Positions 26,483-40,205 of a stretch of 64,000 nucleotides of DNA are shown piece by piece. The stretch comes from Lama glama. Taxonomy: Eukaryota. Each line of letters opens with the position of its first letter. Positions within the stretch are counted from its first letter, which is position 1. Location of the stretch: the NCBI GenBank assembly GCA_028534125.1, contig CM052818.1, positions 19,532,001 to 19,596,000 of the forward strand, in the 5' to 3' direction. Under the pieces are notes generated by a model, which saw only the letters and a list, made by a program, of their open reading frames with translations, did no database searches and was not told the DNA's origin. A program made the translations under genes and the position numbers.

Positions 26483-28204
26483 CCCAAAGTACAAGAAAGG
26501 CAGAACGGGTGAGCTAACAGCCCAGAGACAGATTGCCAGAGGGGCTGAATCCCTGTGGCTCTACCACCATCCCTGACAAGGTCAGCCTTTCAGCCCCCTC
26601 ACGGTCAAGTTCAAGCTGCCAGCCTGGGCAGTGGGCCACCTCCAGATCAGTGGACTGGTCACCGAAAGGATGCAGGAGTCTGGGGAGTTGGGCCTGTAAC
26701 ACCATCAGGCCTGAGGTCTCAGGGCTGGGGGGAGGCAGCACCTCAGGAAACCCCACAGCTGCCCGCTGCCCAGTCGCGCTGTCTGGGCGGACTTAGGCTA
26801 TAGACACTGAGATCCATCTCCTGGAGCATGTGGCCAGCAGCACTCAGGAGAGCTGTGGGGCCCTGAAGTCAGAGCCAGGTTGAAAGGCAAGCACAGGACA
26901 AGCCCTCTGACACAGGCTCAGTGCCTGACAGACTGTGTCCCAGAGGTCCTCACCTCCCCCCTACTCCAACCGCTTCTCCCTACAAACCTCCACTGAGTCT
27001 TCTGCAGCACCAGGCTCTATGCTGGCCTGGCTGGGGAGGCCCAGTGAGGAGGAGGCAGATGCCTGGATGAGCATGCATGGAACTCCTGGGAGCCGACACT
27101 AAGGAGGGCCAGGCCCCGCAGGGCAAGGGGGCTCTTAATCAAGGCTCTGCTGTGTGATGCTGGCCTGGGGCTATGGGAGCCCCAAGAGAGGGGCAAACAC
27201 CTGGCTGGGGTTGTCCAAGGAGGCTGCATAGCTGAGCGGGTACTGGAGGCAATAAGGGAAGGGTAAGTGAGCAAACAGCCCCTTGCCCACTTCCTAATCT
27301 GCCACTTCTCGTCTTCCAACTGTCTATAAGTATCATTATGACCTATTCAAACAGATGCGAGCTTTTTTTTAATAAACCACCAAATACGAGTTATAAATAG
27401 AATCCAGAAACCTACTGCACTCCATGTATATACATTCTCCTCATGGCCATGTCCTTCTCCTCAGCAAATGCCAGCTTCCATCTCCTGCAACCCATGCAGA
27501 GAGGGTGCCAGGAACAAAGCGGAGCAATTACTGGCAAACAGGGGAAAGTTACTCTCCTATTCAGACACATCATACTTTGGATTAATAGCGCGCACCACCG
27601 TTCAGCTTTAAAACGTGACAACATACAACCGTAGCTTGTCCAGCTTGTGGTCCTCTCTGACCCCAGGTTAGTAGCTTTCCCTGACCAGTACTTGCCAGCC
27701 TTGCCCACGTAGTTTAAAATGGTCTCTAAACACAGTGTTGGTATTTGTCTCAAATCAAACCCACAAGGCTTCAGTGGACCATTTTCCTACATGGCCAATA
27801 CTATTTTGATTTCAGTTACCTACCACAAAACAGTTGTTTGCATATGGAGTCAATGTAATGATTGCAAAGGAAAAGAAGTCTAATCGATTCTATCAAATAT
27901 GACAATACACAATATAACATACAGTAGTAATACGTTTATACATGGGTGCCGTAGCCAGCAAAAGAGAAAAATGCTGTCACAGCAAAAACAAAAACCCCAA
28001 ATATATAAGTATTTTAAATATAAAAATATATTTTAGAAACAGAAAGCATATTTAAAAAATCTACATATAGTGCACAATTCCCCTTCACCTAAGACAAGAG
28101 TGGAAATCCTAAAATAGGGCTTTTCCACTTTTGTTCTGAAGTACGAGAATCCCACCCAAATCCAGAGTCAGCGCCACACCCGTGAGTGAGTTTTCCACGC
28201 AGAC

Positions 28205-28450
28205 AGCAGGGCAGCCTAGCAGCTAAGAACACAAGCTCGGGGGCCGGACTTCCTGGGCTTAGATCCTAGTTTGGCTATTAACCGTGTGACGTCGGGCTGG
28301 TCACTTCACTTTGCTCTGCCTCAGTTCCCTCTTCTGTAAAATGCGGATAACAAGAGTCTGCCCATAGGGTTTCGGGGGGATGGAATAAGGTAATAACATG
28401 AGAACGCTCAGACCAGTGCCTGAACAAATGTAACTACAATTATTATTAGT
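28205..28450 (+). mobile_element. MIR SINE
   Basis: Core ctctgcctcagttccctcttctgtaaaatgcggataac with flanking MIR arms. Confidence 0.8.
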
Positions 28451-28931
28451 TGTAATTTTAGGTCTATAATTAATTTAATCCCCCAGAATTTTTTTAAGTC
28501 CCATGCTAATAGATGGGGCGAATGCCGTCTAGAGAGGAGAGTCCTTGTCCCCTATAGCTACATGAGCTCACTGACAAATTAGGAAGTGGCATCAAAGACC
28601 CTCTTGGAATCCAGAGAGGGGATAGTACCGTCTGCCTTGTCTCTGGCCTGACCCTCAGTCCCAGAAAAGGATTGACTCTACACAAGGATAACAGGGTCCC
28701 TGCAGCTGTGCCGGGTCGGTCAAACTCTCTGACCCCTCCCCACGGTCTGGGACATACATATGTGTAACCACCCACCTACCCTTGTTACAAGATTCACGTC
28801 TATTGTGGGTAATACACTCGGATGTTTCCTATCCTGTTCTGATTGCCTACTTCCATTTTTAAAAAGAGTTCTACTTCACAACCTGCTAATGGGCCTCAAC
28901 CTGTGATGTGAAAAGGGTAAGTTTAGTTGTT

Positions 28932-29022
28932 GTTTTTTTAATTGAAATACCATCAGTTACAATGTGTCAACTTCTGCTGTGTAGCACAACGTCCTAGTCG
29001 TGCATATACATACATATATTCG
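28932..29022 (-). mobile_element. Very short young L1 3'-end insertion (camelid-like)
   Basis: T-run followed by attgaaataccatcagttacaatgtgtcaacttctgctgtgtagcacaacgtcctagtcgtgcatatacatacatatattcg, the antisense extreme 3' UTR of an artiodactyl L1. Confidence 0.7.
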
Positions 29023-31641
29023 GAAAAGCAAGTTGTTGACTGAATTGCCAAGCACCTGCCCATCTACAACACCCTCGCCGTCTTTCTCCCCACCAAGGAC
29101 CTCCTCTGCCCTTTCCCATCTCCCTGCACTTCCTCCTGTGGCCCCCAAAGTTAACAGCTGATGGCTCTGGGGTTGTGGCCACTGCTTTCGCAAGATTCAC
29201 TCAGGTTACAGTACTGGGCCCTTCCTTCTCATCAAAATACTTCTAGGGGGAGGGGTTTTCAAAGCTTTCAACCATTCTCCTCCTACACTGCTTTTTAATA
29301 CTTCCTTTACCTGTGGCAGCCATGTAACTGCCACAAGACCCAGGTAGAGATCCTCCCCCTCTTCCTCCCTCGCAATTCTCCAACGGTTTGGTGCTCACCT
29401 GGCATGTCACAGCACTGTAGCCACATCACGGAACGGGTATTTCATAATAGAGGGTTCTGAGGCACAAGGATTTTAGGGGACCAATTCAAGGTCACCCGGC
29501 TTGTAAGTGCCAGAATCGAGTTTCCAACCTAGAAGTAAGCTTCCAATCGAGCTTCCAACTCAGGTCTCCTGAGCCTACATTTGAATCTATCTGAGCCACC
29601 TGATTCGTGGCAGCCCTCTGTGGTTCTGCATTTCTCCTCCTCTCTGACCCTTTGGGAAAAGGATGCACGGAAGGATGTAACATTTGGATTCTTTGCTTTT
29701 GTTTTTCATAAGTAAGGAAAATGTTCCCATGCCTTTCCAAGTTCCTGCATCTCTCCAGTTCTCCTAATTTGGTCCCCACACAGGCAGGCTCCTGGCTTTG
29801 CACTCTGCTCCTGCTCGGCCTGCCGCGCTCATCTTGCAGTGGGCCAAAGAGGTTGTCCCCCTGGAATCCTCACCTCTTCCTCCCCTCCTGGGAACCAGAG
29901 AAAGGTCATGTCGGAGCCCGCAGGGCTCTGTTTAAACAGCCCCTCTGGTTTCTCCTTAGTCGCTTGCCCTAGGGCCCAGGACCTGCTGTTATCTGCTCTA
30001 GTGAAAACGCACTTTGTTCTTCCTGGAAGGAAAAGGCACTCTTTCTAATTTCCACAAGCTAGTGGCAGGAGAGCTGGCATTCTTTCTTTCCTGCCTCCTA
30101 AATACTTAATCCATCTTCCTGGCCCTCTCCACCCCTGAATCTGAAAAATGAAGGCAAAAGCACAAAAGCATGCCTTGTGTGAGAGGCAGCTATTCTGCAG
30201 GGGCTGTCACAGGGACAGCTGCCATTTCCCAGCTACCTCCCATGTGCTAGGTACCTGCCTCAGCTCTGGTGGTCACAGCCACCCTGCAAACTGTGGCTGT
30301 TTCCAGGTTACTGATGAGGCACAGGGTGGGTCAGTTACTCACCCAAAGTCACACAGCTTCTAAGTGGGAGGGCAGGGATTTCCTCTCCTCTCAGCTGCTA
30401 AAGCCTGCACTTTTTCCACCACCCTAGACCAACCCTTAGGGGAAGAGGCTGAGAAACAGCACCATAGACCTTTCCACAGATGAGTACAGCCTGCTTTTCC
30501 ATTCCACAGCCTCCCTTCCTGCTGTGTGTGACACACAGCACACATGGCATCCCCATCTCCTATCCTCCTAGAAAGGTTTTAACTTTTTAAATTAAATGAA
30601 CTTGAACTAATGGTGTTTGGAGGGATATGAAAAAATATTTACAGATATTCTGCCCCAAATAACCAGCTGGGGACCTTGGCAAGATGTTGGCCATACTGAG
30701 GCGAGAGGCTGCCACATAGCTGTCACCAGGTCAGAGCCCGGGATGCCCTCCCCAACCTGGGCAAGCCTCAGGCTAAGCTGTGGGGCCAGTGCTCTCACAC
30801 GCAACCCGTCCTGCTGTAAACCCCACAACAGCCAGCAGGTGACCACGCAGGTCTCTCTGCCCGGCCCCCTCCTCACCCACCCGTACCCAGGGGCAACCCT
30901 GCTCTCACCCAAATCCAACCTGGGGCGTCCTACACTGGCTCTGGGCATGAGGACGGGGTGCAGGGACAGCAGGTGCTCCGCCTCTGGGCACGTGGCCACC
31001 TAGTCTGGTTTCACTCAGCACAACTCGTTTTTCCAATGTCCCAGTTTCAGCCTCCCTTCCTGCAACCTAGGCCGAATTGTCCAGCCCAAATCTCCATCCC
31101 TTGCTCATGGGGCTTGGCTGGCTAATGGCTGGGCCTGCTGGGGCTGACATGAGCCCAGATAGCTGTGAAGGCTGGAGATAGAGGTGGTGTCAGATGCCTT
31201 TCAGGATCTGTGCCCCATCCCGAGCACCAGCACCAATGTGCCCACCAGTCAGACCCATTCCTCCTACTCTAGGCCTTGAGGACAGAGTGGTGGGCCACCC
31301 CTTTCCTGGCCTCCTAGAACAGGCTGCTCTTGGCTACCCACAGGCCTGCTCTCGGCCCAGCACCAACCCTGGGGGCCAGGGAGAACCATGAACCAGATGT
31401 AGGCTTCCCTCACCTTCCCTTGCAGCCAGCTGGTGGGGGTGTCATTCTGTAAGATATATTTGAACACCTGCTATGTGCAGGGTTCTCTGTAGGGGAGAAG
31501 GACTCAGGGTATAAGACACAGTAGGTGAAGAAGCTCCCCATCTAGACGGAAAGGCACCATAAGGCAGAATTCGTTGCCTAGTGGTTGTGCTCATTGGCAA
31601 GTGGGATCTATCCAACAAGAACCAGGCATTAACTCTGGGCT

Positions 31642-32811
31642 GGAAGGGCCCACTACCGGCTGGCCTTCAAGCCCAGTCCAAGGCCTCCTTCTCCTGGAAG
31701 CCTCCCTGAGCTGTCCAGACCTTTCCATACTTTGTCATTTGTGCCACATATAAGGAACAGGGAAACTCTTAACCCACCTTATCTGGGCTGGGGTTTCCAG
31801 AAGGAGAGCTAGTTCCTATCTTCAAGAAACACATGCAATGAGAAATACAATGCCATGTGCCAAGTGTCCGAGGCAAGTATAAACGGGGCTTTAGGGAGGT
31901 ACAGAAGGTGAGGTTCCAGGGCAGTGAAGGCTGCCGGGAACCCACCCCAGTCCTCCAGCAGGACCTTGCTCTAGCCTGTGCCCGATTTAAACTCTGGCTC
32001 AAACCAGCCCCCAAACCCAAATGTGCTTCTTTGCTGAGGTTAAACAACTCATCTTTCTCCGATTCTGATGACAAGTCTGCATGTTTAAGTCTCCTTTTGG
32101 GCTTTTCTATTTATGTTGTCATTGATTACTTTGCTTCTAACTCATCTGATTTCAATTTGGACTGATTTGATCCTAATTTTATTACCATGTAATCTGAATG
32201 CACATAATTACTGTAATTATGCTGCTGAGGGAAACAGCTCCTCCGCGGCGGGAAGACCTAAATTTAGGGCTTCCTGGCAGGGGCGGCCATTGGCTGGGTG
32301 GACTCACAGCCACCTCAGAGCCGGCAGCTCCTGGGAGCACAGATCTTCTCCCCGTCCCACCCTCACTGGGTATTTGGGCCTCATCCCAGTGATGAGTTTA
32401 AGGCCCTTCTCAGGAGCTCTGGGAACACGCAGGGGTGTGAGCTACGGGCTCAGTGAGCCCACCCCCTGTATCCTCTGGCTCACACCACCACCTGCTGCTG
32501 CACGTGCTCAGCCTGGGTGTCTACTCTGCCAGCACCCATACACTGCACACATCCCAACGGCACCCTACCCTCTAGGGCGCAAGATGCCAACAGTCTCCCT
32601 AAAAATACCTGAGGATCAAGGAGTTTGCCTGCTAATCACGGGGCTGAGGAAAGCAAGCTGCAACGGAAAGGCCCACTACCGGCTGGTCTCTGAGCCCGGG
32701 CCACGGCCGCCTCCTCCTGGAAGCCTCCCTGAGCCGTCCAGCTCTTTCCATATTTTGTCATTTATGACACATATGAGGATCAGTGAAACTCTTACCCACC
32801 TCATCAGGCTG
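31642..32811 (+). repeat. ~150-bp imperfect direct repeat pair (31642-31790 and 32665-32811)
   Basis: Both copies read ggcccactaccggctgg...ctcctggaagcctccctgagc(t/c)gtccag...ctttccata(c/t)tttgtcattt...gaaactctt(a)acccacct. Confidence 0.9.
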
Positions 32812-33935
32812 CCTCATCTAAACGCCTAGAGCCTATTGCAAATCAATCTTATAGAACAACATCACAAAGCCTGGGGTCAAAAGCCAAGCTTCCCCCTCCT
32901 CCATCATTCACAGTCCGGAAGAGCCAAGGCAGGGCCCTAAGGGCACTTCATACATGGGGACCTGAGGACCAGGGAGCAAAGGGGAAGGTGCTGTTTCCAC
33001 ACTCTCCTGCCAGGGAGGCACTACGGCAGAAAGGGGATGAGGCCCACTTGGCAGGGAGGCAGGGACTCAGGAGAGAGGGGGTCTTCAGGCAGAAAGGGTT
33101 AGAATTTAGAGTCTCCATCTCCAGGGCTGGAGGAGTGGAAGAGGCTAATTCTAAAGTGCCTGCGGTATGTACCTGGGCCCCTGTTGCCTTGGAACAAGCT
33201 GGGCCCATGACAGTGAGGGTAGGAAGGACCATATATGGGAGAAACTCCTGGGCCAATGAAGGAACTGGGCCTATTAGCCTGAAGAGAGGAGAGGTGGGTG
33301 GGCTGACAGCCAACAGGCGAGAGAGATGTGCACTGTTCTATGCTCTACGTTGCTCAAGAGAGTGGCAATGGGACCGCCCCTGACATCAGGAGGCTGACGT
33401 GGACCTTAGGAAGCTAGGAAAGTCAGCAAGGGAGCTCCCAATGAGAGAAGACATCCATGTAGAGGCCCTGCCTCAAGACGCACCCTGCCCAGGCCTGGAT
33501 CAGCAGCTGAGGTAGTCTGTGGGGCGGAGAGAGCACCGAGGCAAGGCCTGAGGCCGACAGAAGAGGATGCCTTCCCATTCTGCCCAGAGCTAGTTTTGAC
33601 TCTGAAAGATGGGCTAACCCAGGTAACTCCAAGGTCCTGCCTACTTTCCACAGCTGGGCGGGTGGGGGCATCTGGACTTTTGACTACATTTGGCTCCCTG
33701 GAGACATTTCAAGGCTGAACTTAACAACCCAGCACCATTCTGCATTAGGGGACAGCGGCTGGAGTTTTCTCAGAAGCCTTTCTCCACCCCTTCCCCCGCA
33801 AGCCTGTCTGCTTCGCAGCTCCCCCCACCCTTTACATACATGGCAAGATGCGCCCACCCCCACCTCATGCCCACCTGCCACATGAGGCGGCCAGGACCTG
33901 GGCCCTGCCCACCCCTGACCCCGTAGCTCACTCAC

Positions 33936-34040
33936 CCAGTGCAGGGACCCTATGCAGACCTTGGCAGCCATCAGGGGCACGGTGGGGTCAGAGGGCCGCA
34001 GCTTCACACATTCCCGCAGCAGCGACACAGCATAGGATGA
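33936..34040 (-). CDS. TTC7A: TTC7A exon 11 (105 nt): [35 protein letters not shown]
   Basis: Acceptor ctgcag|TCA, donor TGG|gtgagt; peptide overlaps ORF 33684..34028. Confidence 0.96.
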
Positions 34041-34674
34041 CTGCAGGAGAAATGGCAGGCAACACTGTCACTCACGGCCCTGGGTTGCGACAGACTGGAT
34101 ACCTCAAGTTCACAGTGGGGGCAGCTCCCAAGCAATCAGCCCTTGCTCTGCACACCTCTCCTCCAAAGCCAGGAAGAGGCCAGGCGGGAGGAGCCCCGGC
34201 AGTGGTGGCAGCCAAGTCCCTCCTGGGTCTCAGTTTCCTCCCCTGGAAAAAGGAGGCTGTGACCTTTGCCCAGAGACAATGTGACAAGAGCTAAGGTGTC
34301 AGCAGAGGGAAGCTCTTCAAAAGGACTCCAAATGTGAACCAGAGACATGTTAGAGGTTTAGAAAGGGGCTCCCTCAAACCTCTGAGTTCAACACACTTGG
34401 TTTAAAGGTGATAAGATGAGGACAAACCTACTTAGGGACATGGATGCAGGGCCGGTGGTGGGAAGTAGGGGGAACATAAAAGCTAGTCGGGAAAGAGCCT
34501 GAGACAAGCCATGGAGATGGGGCCACACCAGCAGTGCTGAGGATGCCCAAGCGCAGAGGGAGGGCCGGGGGGAAGCACTAGAGCCGGGCAGGCCCATCAC
34601 CAATCACAATAATGAGAAGAACACCAGCTAACCCTGATTTGCGTCTTACTAGGCACTAGGCACTGTTGTAAAGT

Positions 34675-34890
34675 CAGAGGTCAGCAAAACCCAGCCCACA
34701 TCTGGCCCTCTGCCTGCTTTTGTAAACAATGTTTTATTGGAACTCAGCCATGCCCGTTCATGTGGGTATTGTCTACGGTTGCTTTCCTGATGCAAAGGCA
34801 GAGTACAGTAGTTCCCAGTGGAGGCTGTTTGGCCTGCAAAGTCAAAAATGTTTACTACCTGACCCTTTACAGAAAGTCTGCTGACCCCTG
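34675..34890 (-). mobile_element. MER58A-like non-autonomous hAT-Charlie element, inserted into a MIR
   Basis: TIRs cagaggtcagcaaa / tctgctgacccctg; internal gttttattggaactcagccatgcccgttc and ccctttacagaaa. Confidence 0.85.
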
Positions 34891-35070
34891 TTCTAGGTGC
34901 TTTATAAATATTAAGCCATTTACTTTTCACAGCTCTCCTATGAGGCAGGTGCTATGTCCCTATTTACAAATGAGGAAACTGAAATGCAGAGAAGTAGCCC
35001 GTCTGAAGTCACACTCGCCCATAAGTAGCTGAGCTGAAGTTTGAACAGTCTGCTCTAAGCTTGTAACCAC
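34891..35070 (-). mobile_element. MIR SINE (interrupted by MER58A)
   Basis: ccctatttacaaatgaggaaactgaaatgcagagaagt core. Confidence 0.75.
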
Positions 35071-37922
35071 TGACCTATCCTGCCTCTGCAGTGACAGCTT
35101 TGGCCAGAGGGGAAGCCTCTGTCTCCCCGCTACACACACACAGAGGCAGGAGCAAGTGTATGTAACTACAATTCCCACAGGCAGGGCTGTACTGTGGACT
35201 GAACTCCCCATCACTAACTAGCTCTCACCCTCCCCAACCACTCCGGTGGCCCTGCTGAGGAAACGGGGGCTCTGGAGGGCTCCCCTATCCACAGCACAGT
35301 GTGAGGACTGGGATATGCAGGCCTAGGGCCCCACTGGTCTGTGCCCGCCCATCCTGGACCCCTGCCTGTCTCTCACTCCTCCTCCTTTCCCTGTTGAGAG
35401 AGGAAGAGCTTTTCTCAGCCCAGACACGACAGACTTCCTTGGGCTCTGGGCTCAGGGCTCAGGTTGAGGGCTTGCTCTGCACCAAGCATAGGGCTGGGGG
35501 CTGAGGGGTGACTGCAGGAAGGGGAGCTCAGAGAAAGGATGGGGAGAGAGGACAAAGCCCTGCCCCGCTGCTCTCTCAGGAAACAAGGGTATGAGGCCGA
35601 GACCAAGAGACTGTTAGTATATGACCAGCTGGGAGGCTGGGAGACTGCAGGGGGTGTTGGGCCTGGGCTGGAGTGAGGGCAGCCATCCCCGTCTTCTGAG
35701 AGAGACTCTCTCCTGTGAAGGCCACTCACAGTCCCCTCTGCCTACGCACCCCAGCAAGCCTTGGCCTCCTTTCCTGGCTGCTGACCTCTGCACCCTGGAA
35801 ATACAGCTTCTCTAGCCCGGACCCTCCACGTTCCTCCCCGACCACAAAACACTGCTATTTAAGGAGCCATCTGAGGACTCCACAGTCGGAGCTGCAGCTC
35901 TTTTTTTTTCTTTTTTTGTCATGCTAGTTACATAGCAACACAGCCAACGTGATTGCCAAAGAGATGGAGAAGGAGCTACCTAAATCATGCCATGGAACTC
36001 ATTCTCTCTTCCTGCAGGTTGAGGTGCCAGATATATTTATATCTGCCTTGCCTCACCTTCTAGAAGACCTTCTATGCACAATTGTAGGTACAGAACCTTG
36101 ACTCCCACCTTAGGCTCTTGGCAAAGGTGAGGTCTGTCCACCCTTCCAAGGGCTGCCTGGGCCAACCAGGCAGACTGATCTGGTGTGCAGGGATCCTGGG
36201 GGAGTGGGGAGTGGAGAGTAGAGAGTGGAGAGTGTACTTCCAGAACAATCTCCTGCTGCATCAAATGCAGGGATGGGTGTAATCCGTGTCTCCAGCCTGT
36301 GGGGCCTCATACATGAGGAATTCACTGATCACCCCAACTTCCTACCTAAAAGTCCATTTTTTGAGCCCACCTTGCTGGCCTGGGAAGGAGCTGGACTGGG
36401 ATACCAGTACCCCGGATCCTGGGATGTGCCAGGTTGCATCTGGACCTCTCTGAGCCTGGCTCTTCTCAGTAAGGAGGTTGAAGACCTCCCAGGCTAATGT
36501 GACATCATCTCCAGAGACTGGGGGCTTCCAGGAGCACCCCCGGAAATTAAAGCAAACTTCCATGTGCAGTGCATTATTCTGAGGAGGGGTGCCCATCATT
36601 CATCAGCATCTCAAAAGGGTCCATGACCCACAGAAGGGTGATAACCATTGTCCTGGCCCTGTGCCTCTCCTCCTGATCCATGTGCACTATTACAAGACTA
36701 GAGGCATTTTCTGTTTCCCAGAGGCAGTAAGCTGTTGCAGGCCAGGCTCCAGTAAGCTCCAGCCTGACCCCTGCCCCTGCCCTAGGTCTCGTGCTATCTG
36801 TGTCTGAACTCTCCCTGAGCCTGGACAAGACCTTGCTGAGCACAGAGCTAGGGGACACTGTGGCATGACTTCAGGATGCCCTAGGAGGTGGCCAATGTGA
36901 TGGCAAGGGGAAGAGGTTTGGAAAGACAAATGCCTAGCAAGGTAAGGGGGGTGCAGAAAAGGCTCCTCACCTGATGCTCGGCTGTATTTCCCTAGTCCCT
37001 TCCCACCTGTCAGGCTGCAGCACCTGCTCTTCTGCCTGCTCCCTTACCAGGACCTGACCAGCACACCCTCCATTCGTGGAGGAGGTGCTGGCAAGCCCAG
37101 GAGGGCCCTGGTTGCGAGGCTCGAAATGGCAGGTGGCGCAGATGGGTTGGGGGAGGAATTCCCTTAGCCCCACAAACGGGCTGTGGGTGTTTATAGCTCT
37201 GAGAACGATCTGTGAGCCCATGCCACCTTATTTCCTGCACTCGTAGCATCCTCAGCCCCAACACCCTCAGCACCCAGCTCCGGAAAGGTTTCCTTTCATG
37301 CCACTGCTGAGAATAGAGGCTTATGTAATTATGTGATTCTCATCGGAGGAAAACCAAGGGGTGCGGGGATGGGGCTGGGTGGGTAGAGAGCAAATGCAGC
37401 TCAGGAGACGGGGGTAAGGTCAGCCCTGCTCCGGGCAGAACTCCTCCTGATCACCCCACCACGCCCACCTCGCAGTGCTCCCCCAAACTCCCTCATGGGG
37501 CTCTGCTCTATCCTTCAACCCCTCCCTCCTAGGCAAGTCCTGGATTTATGCGAAGGTTCCTTCTTGACACCAAGCCCGTGGGCAGGAAGAGAGATGCAGC
37601 CCAAGTGGAACAATGGAACCCACGTCCATGCTTGTCTCATGTAGTCACACCAACCAACTCACAGATAGAAATGCCATGATGCCCCCGTATACATGCACAT
37701 ATGCTCAGAGAAGAGCACCCATGGACTCACACCTGCACATCCGGCACACTTGTAACTTACAAGTAGACACCAGATTCACACAGGGGTCTGTGTGTGACCC
37801 TCCCGTGCCCCTCACTCTCCTGGAGACTAAAATCAGCTGCTGGACAATATTTCTGAATCACTGCACCGCCCTCTGCCCACTTCTGGGAGAGACTAGAGCC
37901 CCCAGCACACCTTGTGTCTTAC

Positions 37923-38006
37923 CTTCCCACAAGCTACCATGGAGAGGGCCACCTGGTACCAAAGGTGAAATTCTCCAAAGGCAAACTTCATGGCTCGTTC
38001 CAGGCA
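37923..38006 (-). CDS. TTC7A: TTC7A exon 10 (84 nt): [28 protein letters not shown]
   Basis: Not in the ORF track; read manually. Acceptor ccccag|TGC, donor AAG|gtaaga. Confidence 0.96.
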
Positions 38007-38309
38007 CTGGGGAGAGGGAGATGGTCAGCACCTCCCCTCCAGGGTCCTCCCACCCTCAGCCCCCACCATATCCATCCGGCGTAATCACTGCCCAAGTTGC
38101 TTCCCACAGGGGGCTGCCAGAGGCTTGTACTTGGTTCCTGTTAGAAAACGCCAGGAATAACCTGTCTCTGCCACTGGCCTGCTCTCGCCCTCTCTGGCCC
38201 TTGGCTCCCACTTTTCTACCTGTGAATGTCTCATGGGATGATGGATACAAGTGAGTGAAATGAGATTTGTGAAAGTGCTTTCAAAATGTGAACGTCCAAT
38301 AAAAATAAT

Positions 38310-38510
38310 AACAGCTGACATTTCTTCTTACCATTGTGCCGGCACCATTCTCAGTGTTCTACGTGTATTAACTCATCTACTCTTCCCAACAACTGTGTGG
38401 GGTGGGTTATCTAGTTACCCCCATTTCACAGATGGGGAAGCTGAGGCTTGAATGACTTGCCAGAGTCATAGTGCTGGTAAGAGGCAAAGCTGACTGACTT
38501 CAAAGCCCGT
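38310..38510 (-). mobile_element. MIR SINE
   Basis: ccccatttcacagatggggaagctgaggct core. Confidence 0.75.
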
Positions 38511-39099
38511 GGACAGAACATCACCCAAAAGTACAGGCTTCATTCTGCTCTCCTCTACAACCCTGGAGAAAAATCATTTGCTCCCTGGGCCTGTTCAATC
38601 CTGGGCCACCGCAAGTCAGGGGCAGCCTGTGAGATCTGACAGTCCCCAGCAGAAGTGGTTCCATGTGAAAGAGGCAGAAGCCAGCATGTGAGGCCAGGAT
38701 GCACTACATGGTCATGGTCATGGCGGGTGAGGGTGACAGAGGTAAGGGGTACAGGACCCGACGGCAGGCACTTTCAGAGCTCGGTGGCCTGGGTTCCCCC
38801 ATGATGGCCCAACATGCACACCCTGCATCACCCTGGGCCGAAACCTACCTCTCTCGGCCCCACCTTCCTCACTGGTGAACTTGAGAGACCACTCATCCCC
38901 CCTCACATTAAAGGAGGTATCTTCTGGAAGCACCTAACACAACGCCTGGTGTGAGCAGGGGCTCAGCAGGTGTCACCACCCCTCCTCTCGGGAGCCGCCC
39001 CCAAATACACGGAAAGAGCATCTGCTGCTCAGAGGGCCACCTGCACAAGGAGCCAAGGGCCCAGAGCCACCCCTGATCCCTGCGGATCTGAACGCTCTA

Positions 39100-40205
<1,106 letters not shown>

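Noticed and set aside
25379..26576. Plus-strand ORFs sharing PRWMTIM(A/V)KRSASSS as a repeated peptide family
   Set aside because: Antisense shadows of exon 12 and its duplicate. The real signal is the minus-strand duplication.
32113..32829. 238-aa plus-strand ORF with a hydrophobic N-terminus
   Set aside because: Hydrophobicity reflects the T-rich island. No family resemblance, promoter or splice support.
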